DNA of 32,000 nt, taken from positions 510,001-542,000 of the forward strand of contig JACKFV010000001.1 of assembly GCA_020632335.1 (NCBI GenBank). The letters are read 5' to 3'. Source of the stretch: Candidatus Saccharimonadota bacterium (GTDB lineage: Bacteria; Patescibacteriota; Gracilibacteria; UBA4473). The stretch's first letter is position 1, and each line of letters starts with the position of its first letter. Positions 22,923 through 29,022 of the stretch are shown piece after piece. The position numbers and the translations under genes were made by a program. The notes under the pieces were generated by a model. It was not told the DNA's origin, did no database searches, and saw only the letters and a program-made list of their open reading frames with translations.

Positions 22923-22996
22923 GGTGCTGTGGCGGAGTGGTTACGCAGAGGCCTGCAAAGCCTTGTACCCGGGTTCGATTCCCGGCGGCACCTCCA
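22923..22996 (+). tRNA. tRNA-Cys (anticodon GCA), CCA encoded
   Basis: Folded by hand. Acceptor GGTGCTG/CGGCACC, anticodon stem GAGGC/GCCTT with loop CTGCAAA, T arm CCGGG-TTCGATT-CCCGG, discriminator T, then CCA. Confidence 0.92.
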
Positions 22997-23013
22997 GCAT
23001 AGGGTTTGTCTAG

Positions 23014-23041
23014 TTGCGCGTTGGCGTGGTTTTTTTATGCT
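23014..23041 (+). promoter_or_regulatory. candidate tRNA-Arg promoter (TTGCGC-16-TATGCT)
   Basis: TTGCGC at 23014..23019, a 16-nt spacer ending in a T-run, and TATGCT at 23036..23041. The predicted start is about 2 nt before the mature tRNA 5' end. The 13-mer TTTTTTTATGCTG is shared with the serS promoter. Confidence 0.4.
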
Positions 23042-23049
23042 GCGGCTGT

Positions 23050-23124
23050 GTCCCCGTAGTTCAATGGATAGAACGACACCCTTCTAAGGTGAAAATCGAG
23101 GTTCGATTCCTCGCGGGGACGCCA
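23050..23124 (+). tRNA. tRNA-Arg (anticodon TCT), CCA encoded
   Basis: Folded by hand. Acceptor GTCCCCG/CGGGGAC, D arm GTTC-AATGGATA-GAAC, anticodon loop CTTCTAA, T arm CGAGG-TTCGATT-CCTCG, discriminator G, then CCA. Confidence 0.9.
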
Positions 23125-23125
23125 C

Positions 23126-23519
23126 AGAGAGAGGCCTTATACTCCGCACCGTAAGCCGAGTTCTGTCATCGGACAGCCATTTCTCTTGCGCAACTTCAGC
23201 TGCTTCATCTGCCAGAGTCTTCCCACCTATTGCGATGCAGTGCACTTAGCACTGTGGGTCGACGCCACTGGCATTTCCATCCGCAGGGGTTTACCATGAC
23301 GCGGCCTTGCGACAGCGCCCTCTGGGAGTATCCCCTCCCAGGATATTTCACCGGAGCCCCCATAGGGGGACGTATTATTTCTGTGGCACTTTCCCTTGCA
23401 GAGGGTTACCCCCCTGCCGACACGCCGTTAGCGGTCTGCGTACTGCATAGATGGCTCGGACTTTCCTCACATGCCGGGGCATGCGCGGCTGTCTCATGCG
23501 GAGTAAAAGACCTCTCTTG
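23126..23519 (-). ncRNA. rnpB: RNase P RNA, bacterial type A
   Basis: The reverse strand carries the universal conserved regions GAGGAAAGTCCGAGCC (23470..23454), GGGAAAGTGCCACAGAAA, GGTAAACCCC and ACAGAACTCGGCTTAC. P1 forms between AGAGAGGTCTTTTACTCCGCA (5') and TGCGGAGTATAAGGCCTCTCT (3'). The ends are approximate, within a few nt. Confidence 0.92.
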
Positions 23520-23525
23520 CGCGGC

Positions 23526-23554
23526 AGCATAGCGGTTGACACCCCCGCTGGCAA
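23526..23554 (-). promoter_or_regulatory. candidate rnpB promoter (TTGCCA-17-TATGCT)
   Basis: On the reverse strand, TTGCCA at 23554..23549, a 17-nt spacer and TATGCT at 23531..23526. The predicted start coincides with the 5' strand of P1. Confidence 0.5.
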
Positions 23555-23563
23555 GCCTAGAGT
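23536..23563 (+). promoter_or_regulatory. candidate gatC promoter (TTGACA-16-TAGAGT), leaderless geometry
   Basis: TTGACA at 23536..23541, a 16-nt spacer, TAGAGT at 23558..23563, then 6 nt to ATG 23570. It interdigitates with the divergent rnpB promoter. Confidence 0.5.
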
Positions 23564-23569
23564 GCGGGC

Positions 23570-23860
23570 ATGACGCACATCACCGCTGCGCAAGTACGGC
23601 ACATCGGCACGCTGGCCAAGCTGAACCTGACCGATGACGAAGTGGCCAAATATACCCGAGAGATGGAGCGCATCCTGGACTACTTCACCACACTCCAGGC
23701 GGTGGATACCACGGGCGTCCAGCCCATAGCGCAGGTGACGGGGCAAGAGAATATCACCAGAGACGACACCGTAGCGCCCTACGACGCTATGGCCGCACTG
23801 GTGGCCTGCACGCCGCACGCGGTACAAGACGGCATGGTGGCCCTTCCCAAGATCCTCTAG
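23570..23860 (+). CDS. gatC: Asp/Glu-tRNA(Asn/Gln) amidotransferase subunit C
   Basis: 96 aa. VRHIGTLAKLNLTDDEVAKYTREMERILDYFTTLQAVDTTGVQP is the typical GatC pattern. Confidence 0.88.
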   Translation: MTHITAAQVRHIGTLAKLNLTDDEVAKYTREMERILDYFTTLQAVDTTGVQPIAQVTGQENITRDDTVAPYDAMAALVACTPHAVQDGMVALPKIL

Positions 23861-23875
23861 ATTCTCTAGGGGGTG

Positions 23876-24247
23876 CTAAGAGACGGGGGTGTCGTCAGCA
23901 GTGTCGTCCTCATGGCCTCTCTCTGCACGGGGAGTGGTGACCACTCGCACAAGGAAGAGCCCGTCCAGCACCAGCAGCGCTAAGAAGCACAGCACCACCC
24001 ACAGCCGCATGCTGAGCCACGGCAGGTGCATATAGCGCGCCGCGGCAAAGAATATCCCGGCCCAGGAGAAGAACTCCAGCCAGTGCTGCTGCAGCAGCGA
24101 CCGCAGACGCAGCGGGAGCGACCAGGGTAGCAGCAGGTGGAAGACAAAGAAGAGCAACAGGAGAACCCCGAGCAAGAAGGGGGTATCTGGTAGTGGGTCC
24201 AGGTAATAGTGGAGGCTAGAGAGCTTCTCCGCGTCGAAAAGTACCAT
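23876..24247 (-). CDS. hypothetical membrane protein (about 4 TM)
   Basis: 123 aa with repeated hydrophobic helices and an acidic C-terminal tail. Promoter geometry sits exactly 6 nt upstream of the ATG. Confidence 0.6.
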   Translation of the reverse strand: MVLFDAEKLSSLHYYLDPLPDTPFLLGVLLLLFFVFHLLLPWSLPLRLRSLLQQHWLEFFSWAGIFFAAARYMHLPWLSMRLWVVLCFLALLVLDGLFLVRVVTTPRAERGHEDDTADDTPVS

Positions 24248-24253
24248 GCTGCT

Positions 24254-24281
24254 AGTATGCCACTTCTGCCGCTGAGGGCAA
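24254..24281 (-). promoter_or_regulatory. candidate promoter (TTGCCC-16-CATACT), leaderless geometry
   Basis: On the reverse strand, TTGCCC at 24281..24276, a 16-nt spacer, CATACT at 24259..24254, then 6 nt to ATG 24247. Confidence 0.4.
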
Positions 24282-24286
24282 GTGAT

Positions 24287-24778
24287 TTAGCGTTTGCTGG
24301 CTTTCTTTTTCTTCGGTTTGCCGGTGTTCTCGTCCCCAAAGACCAGAAAATCTGCTGCCCACCCCAGCAGAGGGAACTTGAAATAGTTACCCCGCAGCAC
24401 CTGGAAGATACCCAGAATCACCAGTACCAGGTAGAGAATATAGAGTAATCCGCCAAAGTAGATGAAGAATTCCCACCGCTCAAAGATCTTAATAAACCGG
24501 TACACCAGGTAGAAGAAGAAGAGCAGCATGCCCTGCTTGGCGTGGAGCTGGCTGAAGTAGGTGTCTTTTTTCATCAGCAGGGGGATGACAAAGAGCACGC
24601 TAACGTAGCTGAGTGCCGTGATGAGCCGCGTGGGGGCGTCCAGCACGTCGCCGTACTGGTTAGGCTCGATGACGGGCTCGTACTCACCGGTGTCCATCAC
24701 CTCAGACTCTATCGCCTGCCCAGAGGCGTCTATTTCCTCGGTGATGATTTCTTCGATATAGCTGTCTTTCTTGGCCAT
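24287..24778 (-). CDS. membrane protein, tentatively DUF4870-like
   Basis: ORF 24287..25063 trimmed to ATG 24778 (MAKKDSYIEEIITEEID...). It has an acidic N-terminus. ALSYVSVLFVIPLLMKKDTYFSQLHAKQGMLLFFF resembles the DUF4870 core (..HAKQ..). The C-terminus is lysine-rich. The family call is from memory only. Confidence 0.6.
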   Translation of the reverse strand: MAKKDSYIEEIITEEIDASGQAIESEVMDTGEYEPVIEPNQYGDVLDAPTRLITALSYVSVLFVIPLLMKKDTYFSQLHAKQGMLLFFFYLVYRFIKIFERWEFFIYFGGLLYILYLVLVILGIFQVLRGNYFKFPLLGWAADFLVFGDENTGKPKKKKASKR

Positions 24779-24785
24779 TGTCTCC

Positions 24786-24814
24786 AGTCTACCGAGAGCC
24801 AGCCTGCCTGTAAA
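24786..24814 (-). promoter_or_regulatory. candidate promoter (TTTACA-17-TAGACT), near-leaderless
   Basis: On the reverse strand, TTTACA at 24814..24809, a 17-nt spacer, TAGACT at 24791..24786, then 7 nt to ATG 24778. Confidence 0.45.
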
Positions 24815-24834
24815 GCCGCCCGTGGGAGAAAAGA

Positions 24835-24863
24835 TTGACCGTATTTCTCGTCTGGGGTACAGT
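24835..24863 (+). promoter_or_regulatory. candidate promoter (TTGACC-17-TACAGT)
   Basis: TTGACC at 24835..24840, a 17-nt spacer and TACAGT at 24858..24863. It lies about 25 nt upstream of ATG 24889. Confidence 0.35.
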
Positions 24864-24888
24864 GCAGGGGCATCATAGCCACTGCTGT

Positions 24889-25323
24889 ATGGGACTGGAA
24901 TCACCAGAGAAATTCCGACACAAAGGCCCCGAGAGTGACACCGGGCTGGAGTACCGCGAGTCTGACACCGCACGAGACGCACGGCTAGCCCGGGAGGCAG
25001 AGAAAGATTTTGAAGCCGGGATGAAAGCCCACCAGGGCATAGAAGCGCAGCAGCGCCAGGCACAGAGCGCCGCAGAGAAGGCTCAGCAGCAGCAAGGGCG
25101 CACCACCACAGCAGAGGGCAAAGACAAAAGTGCAGCGGAGAAGCTCCTCTCAGACACGCTGGGAGTGAAAGCCCCGGAGGACATGGAAGCGATGTCTGGC
25201 GCTGCTATAGAGGACTCCACGCTGATGTCTGGTGCTGAGAAAAACCTGGTACGGAAGACGAGTAATGAGACAGAGGCAGAGCGAATCAAGCACGAACACG
25301 CCGAAAAACAGAAGACCCCCTAA
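24889..25323 (+). CDS. hypothetical highly charged, low-complexity (probably disordered) protein
   Basis: ORF 24835..25323 trimmed to ATG 24889. It is rich in E, K, Q and A, has no TM segment and no recognised motif, and shows moderate third-position G/C bias. The stop is 1 nt from tRNA-Leu. Confidence 0.45.
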   Translation: MGLESPEKFRHKGPESDTGLEYRESDTARDARLAREAEKDFEAGMKAHQGIEAQQRQAQSAAEKAQQQQGRTTTAEGKDKSAAEKLLSDTLGVKAPEDMEAMSGAAIEDSTLMSGAEKNLVRKTSNETEAERIKHEHAEKQKTP

Positions 25324-25324
25324 T

Positions 25325-25409
25325 GCCGAAGTGGCGGAATTGGTAGACGCGCACGACTCAAAATCGTGTTCCGCAAGGAGTGTGGGTTCGATTCCCACCT
25401 TCGGCACCA
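25325..25409 (+). tRNA. tRNA-Leu (anticodon CAA), long variable arm, CCA encoded
   Basis: Acceptor GCCGAAG/CTTCGGC, anticodon stem CACGA/TCGTG with loop CTCAAAA, a long variable arm, T arm with TTCGATT, discriminator A, then CCA. Confidence 0.92.
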
Positions 25410-25481
25410 TCATGAGGAGGAGCTCTTCTGCAGGCAGTAGCAGGGGTAGAAGCTTGCTCACTCGCTCACTTGCTTGTCGCC

Positions 25482-25934
25482 TCACTCTAGGCTATTTTTT
25501 CCGATGGATTTCTCTAACCACCATGCCCCCAGTGCGCCACCGCCGCAGCACACTATGAGGAAGACACACAACGCGAGGAAGCCCGCGGGGTCATCTGCTG
25601 GGTGGTGGTATAGGCGTATATAGAGGCCCGCTAGCACCAGGAGTATGCTGCAGAGCAGTGCCTTCCAGCGTATGCTTCGGAGCGTATGGAGCGCGGCCGC
25701 TGAGCCGAGAGTACCGTGTTTGCCATGCTCCAAGAGCTGGAAGATGTGGTAGAGAAGCAGCAGCCCGAGCACGGCTATGAGAGCGCCGTAGAGGATAAAC
25801 GGGTCAGTGTATACCTCCAGCAGCGGCAGGCCCTGGGCGCGGCCTTCGGTCAGTGGTAGCCACACCAGAGCCCCGAGTACGGCTATACTCAGCAGTATGA
25901 GGAGTCCTTGGAGGAGGGTGAGGAGGGGCCTCAT
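25482..25934 (-). CDS. small 4-TM membrane protein (tentatively DUF2975-like), third gene of the RT operon
   Basis: ORF 25482..26096 trimmed to ATG 25934 (MRPLLTLLQGLLILLSIAVLGALVWL...). It has four hydrophobic helices. Its ATG overlaps the TGA of the upstream ABC-like gene (ATGA at 25931..25934). Confidence 0.65.
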   Translation of the reverse strand: MRPLLTLLQGLLILLSIAVLGALVWLPLTEGRAQGLPLLEVYTDPFILYGALIAVLGLLLLYHIFQLLEHGKHGTLGSAAALHTLRSIRWKALLCSILLVLAGLYIRLYHHPADDPAGFLALCVFLIVCCGGGALGAWWLEKSIGKNSLE

Positions 25935-27571
25935 AGGGTGGGGGATGCTGTGTGGTTGGCCATCACCATGACGGTATGCGCAAAAGCCTGGTCTTTCTCG
26001 GCGAGGAGGAAGGGCTGGAGCCAGGCGTATTCCTCGTGGAGGATGAGCAGCTGTGGTGGCCAGAGCAGTGCTCTGAGGTACTGGAGGGTTCCCCACTGCT
26101 GCTGGGTGAGGGCGCTGGGGGGCAGTGGCTGGCGCAGGTCATGGTGCTGGAGGAAGGCAAAGAGCGGCGCTTGCAGGTACTGGCTCAGGCGTGGGAGTAC
26201 GGTGAGCGGATCGCCTCCTGCCTGGCTGAGGTAGTGGATGAGCGGCAGGCTGGTGATAGTGTGGGGGCTTATATACTGCCGCGTGATGCTCGCTCGGGCA
26301 TAGGCATTGCCCTGCAGGCGGTAGCGACGCTGGGCTGTCTGGAGGATGACCATCCATACGCGTTGCTGAGAGGGCGTGAGCTCCCCCATGAGGGCCTGGA
26401 GCACCACCGGGGTCTCTGCAGTGGAGAGGTGCGTGAGCTCTCCCACCGGGAAGGCGTGGCTATAGTGCGGCTGCACCGTGCCGTCTGCCAGGCGCAGGTG
26501 CCGCGTACGGAGTGTGATACCGGGGGCATGCAGCTGTGGGAAGCGATGCCGGGGTAGTGGAGCACCAGACTCTGGCAGGCAGAGCACCAGCCCCAGTTGC
26601 AGCGGGAAGGCATAGAGCCCCACCCGGAGCGCGAGGAAGAGCAGTTGCACCGCTACCCCCATCAGCAGGCCATAGCTGAGCAGCCCACCGTTGAGGTGCT
26701 CCAGCCCCAGAGGCACATAGAACTGCACCCAGTACCCCAGTGCTGCCAGCAGTGTGAGCAGGGCAAAGAGCACATACTGGGGGAATTGCATCCCCAGTTC
26801 TCGGGCGGTGCGGAGTGTGGTGTCGGTCTCCATGAGTTGCTGGTAGTGGCGCAGGGCAGGGCCGAGTGTGGCCGTCTGGCGGTAGTGGGACTGCTCTTTG
26901 CTCAGCACGGTGGCCTCCACCAGCAGCTTGCTATAGAAGGTCTGCTCGCGGCTCACCACTCGGCGCACATAGGCGTAGCCGCCCAGGCCCAGCCCCACAC
27001 TGGCCAGCAGTACCCCCATACCCAGCCAGAGCAGACTGCTGTGCATGGTGGCACTGCTGATCATATACATCGTCCAGAGGAGCAGCCACTCCGCGCCGTG
27101 CAGGAGGGTCTGCCTGAGGCCCATACTCAGCAGACCGAAGTGGTAGGTCAGCAGAGAGAGGAGCTGCCCGGTGTCCCTCGCACTGGGGGGGGGAGTACGC
27201 TGCAGGTGGTGCTGGAGCTGGGTGAGGCGCAGCCGGTGCAGGCGCTGGGTGAGGAAGCGCTCGGTAGTGCGGATGTAACGCCAGCGAGCCATGAGATAGA
27301 GCAGGAGAATCCCCGCCACGATGAGGAGCGAGACTACCACCGCGTGCTGCTGGAGCGCGGTAAACTCGGCCCGTATGGTGTGGTGGACGTAGAGCGGGAG
27401 GGCTAGCTCTGCTGCGCTGCAGAGGGTGAGCAGGAGCCCTATCTGCCGGAGGGGCCGGCGTGACCGCTGCCACAGGAGCCGCAGCTGCCGCCATTGCCCG
27501 GGGCTGAGCTGCAGGAGCCGGAGGCTGGTGATGGTATTCAGGAGGCGTCTAGTAATACTGGGACTGTGCAT
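25931..27571 (-). CDS. ABC-exporter-like fused TMD-NBD protein with degenerate ATPase motifs
   Basis: ORF 25931..27724 trimmed to ATG 27571 (MHSPSITRRLLN...). It has about six TM helices and the type-I exporter coupling-region pattern (SARDTGQLLSLLTYHFGLLSMGL). The C-terminal NBD-like domain has substituted motifs. Walker A is replaced by GELTHLSTAETPV, with no GK(S/T). The signature LSGGQ is replaced by LTQQQ. Walker B hhhhDE is replaced by LLILHEE. The Q-loop Q and H-loop H are apparently retained. Its start overlaps the RT 3' end by 23 nt. Confidence 0.7.
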   Translation of the reverse strand: MHSPSITRRLLNTITSLRLLQLSPGQWRQLRLLWQRSRRPLRQIGLLLTLCSAAELALPLYVHHTIRAEFTALQQHAVVVSLLIVAGILLLYLMARWRYIRTTERFLTQRLHRLRLTQLQHHLQRTPPPSARDTGQLLSLLTYHFGLLSMGLRQTLLHGAEWLLLWTMYMISSATMHSSLLWLGMGVLLASVGLGLGGYAYVRRVVSREQTFYSKLLVEATVLSKEQSHYRQTATLGPALRHYQQLMETDTTLRTARELGMQFPQYVLFALLTLLAALGYWVQFYVPLGLEHLNGGLLSYGLLMGVAVQLLFLALRVGLYAFPLQLGLVLCLPESGAPLPRHRFPQLHAPGITLRTRHLRLADGTVQPHYSHAFPVGELTHLSTAETPVVLQALMGELTPSQQRVWMVILQTAQRRYRLQGNAYARASITRQYISPHTITSLPLIHYLSQAGGDPLTVLPRLSQYLQAPLFAFLQHHDLRQPLPPSALTQQQWGTLQYLRALLWPPQLLILHEEYAWLQPFLLAEKDQAFAHTVMVMANHTASPTL

Positions 27572-28778
27572 GGTGGAGGGAGATATGTCCGTGGTGGACC
27601 TGCAAATACAGCCGGTAGAGCGACGGCCAGGGCAGGCTATGGCGCGCAAAGAGGGCCTGGGTATGGCGGTGCAGGCGTGGGCTGTAGTCCCCATAGACTG
27701 CCCGTACCAGCTGCCGCTGCCCATACCGGGTGAGGGAGCGCAGCTGCGGGAGGTCCGTTACGTGGGGCGCTGATTGGATCAGCTGCAGGTGCTGCTGGTG
27801 CACTGCGGGGAGGATACGCCACCGCAGGCGGGAGAGCAGGGCGTGCTGGGGGAGGGCATAGTGCCGACAGAGTGCCCGGTAGGTGGCCTGGAGGCGTACT
27901 ACGCGCTTCTGGCTGAGGGAGAGAATCCCATCGCTGAAGTGGTAGCCCAGGTAGGTAAAGGCCGTCGTGTGGAGGGGCCCGGTGGTGGTTTTCTCCGGTT
28001 GGATGGGCAGGCCACGCGCTGCGGTGGTGGCCTCGAGCCACTGGGCTGCGTGGGCAACGCGTGCGGGGTGAGGATCGATGAGGAGGATGTCATCGCCTAC
28101 CCGCCTATAGAGCTGCACCTGGCGTGAGAGGGTGTGGTCTGCGTCGCTGAGGTAGAGATTCGCAAAGAGCGCCATCAGCGGGACGCCCTGCACCACCCCC
28201 TCGCTGAGGTAGCGAAGCTGCCCCTGCTGCCAGAGCGGCACGTGCAGGTAGCACTGCAGCGCGGTGAGTACGGCGGGTTCTAGCCCCAGGGCTGCCAGCT
28301 GGGTGAGGAGAAGATCGTGCTGGAGGTGCTCGGTGTACTCGGTGATGTCGGTCTTATAGAGGGTATCACCGGGTAAGTGGCGGTGGTAGCGGCGCACTAC
28401 ACTGCGGGCGGCACGGTGGCTGGGGTGGCTGCTGCGGTAGGAATAGAGGCTGGGGGAGAGCGTTGCCTCGACCACAGGAGAAAGCGCCTGAGAGAGCGCC
28501 TGGGCACGCACGCGGTCCCGCAGGGTGTAGAGGTAGATGGTGCGGGTTTTCCCCTCGCCTTTGGGTATGGTGCGCACTTGCACGGGGTCCAGCGGGTGGT
28601 GGTGTACCAGGCGCTCGTGTACCTGGGTGAGGAAGGGCACGGGGTCTGCGATGATGCGCTGCATCTGTATGGCATCTAGCCCGGCATAGCGGGAGAGCTT
28701 ACTCTGGAGGGTCAGCTGCTGCACTACCGCAGTGAGGGCCTCTAGCAGGGCGGGTATGCTGGTGAGCTGCTGCCACAT
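27549..28778 (-). CDS. standalone reverse transcriptase (RT fingers/palm motifs 1-7 plus a helical C-terminal domain)
   Basis: Motifs read from the translation are VRTIPKGEGKTRTIYLYTLRDRV (1-2), YSYRSSHPSHRAA (3), KTDITEYTEHLQHDLL (4), GVVQGVPLMALFANLYL (5), LYRRVGDDILLI (catalytic, VGDD in place of YxDD), GLPIQPEKTT (6) and FTYLGYHF (7). I prefer the start at ATG 28778, which has TACTAT 6 nt upstream. The track ORF extends to GTG 28838. Confidence 0.85.
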   Translation of the reverse strand: MWQQLTSIPALLEALTAVVQQLTLQSKLSRYAGLDAIQMQRIIADPVPFLTQVHERLVHHHPLDPVQVRTIPKGEGKTRTIYLYTLRDRVRAQALSQALSPVVEATLSPSLYSYRSSHPSHRAARSVVRRYHRHLPGDTLYKTDITEYTEHLQHDLLLTQLAALGLEPAVLTALQCYLHVPLWQQGQLRYLSEGVVQGVPLMALFANLYLSDADHTLSRQVQLYRRVGDDILLIDPHPARVAHAAQWLEATTAARGLPIQPEKTTTGPLHTTAFTYLGYHFSDGILSLSQKRVVRLQATYRALCRHYALPQHALLSRLRWRILPAVHQQHLQLIQSAPHVTDLPQLRSLTRYGQRQLVRAVYGDYSPRLHRHTQALFARHSLPWPSLYRLYLQVHHGHISLHHAQSQYY

Positions 28779-28807
28779 GCGTGCATAGTAGTACGGGTGG
28801 GCGCCTA

Positions 28808-28989
28808 CAGCAAGCTCTCTGGGAGGGACTGGCCCCACCAGAGCTATGAACGATATATTAGGTTCGTGCCTTCGGGTAGGTCCCTGGATATATCACAGTA
28901 TACGTCGCCATAGGAGCGCTCTCTCCGGAGCGGGGTGCTCCTGGGCCGGTATATACGGAGACACCATTACGGTGAAAGGCTTGCTGCCT
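28808..28989 (-). ncRNA. candidate structured ncRNA or long 5' leader upstream of the RT gene (hypothetical)
   Basis: It lies downstream of a strong promoter-like element (28994..29022). An 8-bp inverted repeat brackets the region: CAGCAAGC at 28986..28979 and GCTTGCTG at 28815..28808 on the reverse strand. An internal hairpin reads AGGAG-cacc-CCGCTC-cggaga-GAGCG-CTCCT (about 28913..28943). There are several A/T-core palindromes (GATATATC, GTATATAC). No convincing ORF is present. Confidence 0.25.
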
Positions 28990-28993
28990 GTAT

Positions 28994-29022
28994 AGGGTAG
29001 AGGGTGCTTTCTCAGGTGTCAA
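28994..29022 (-). promoter_or_regulatory. candidate promoter upstream of the RT locus (TTGACA-17-TACCCT)
   Basis: On the reverse strand, a perfect TTGACA at 29022..29017, a 17-nt spacer and TACCCT at 28999..28994. The predicted start near 28987..28989 is about 210 nt upstream of the RT ATG. Confidence 0.45.

Noticed and set aside
23230-23827. ORFs 23230..23532 (+) and 23375..23827 (-)
   Set aside because: They overlap the RNase P RNA gene, where conserved CR-I to CR-V elements and the P1 helix are identified. The reverse-strand ORF also runs antisense through gatC.
25385-28875. tRNA-Leu-targeted genomic island bounded by a partial repeat of the tRNA 3' end
   Set aside because: GGTTCG..CCTTCGG in the tRNA (25385..25404) recurs as GGTTCGtgCCTTCGG at 28861..28875, so the two copies bracket the RT operon. 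However, the match is short and gapped, no integrase is present, and base composition does not visibly change. The putative boundary would also cut through the predicted upstream ncRNA/promoter unit. It is probably coincidental.
25482-29022. Group II intron or classic retron interpretation of the RT
   Set aside because: For a group II intron, the RT is translationally coupled to downstream genes, no domain V/VI-like ribozyme hairpin or flanking exon structure is visible, and there is no endonuclease domain. For a retron, I saw no long msd-type hairpin and no branching-G context next to the inverted repeat, and the post-catalytic region reads FTYLGYHF rather than the retron VTG-type motif. A retron-like ncRNA remains only a weak possibility.
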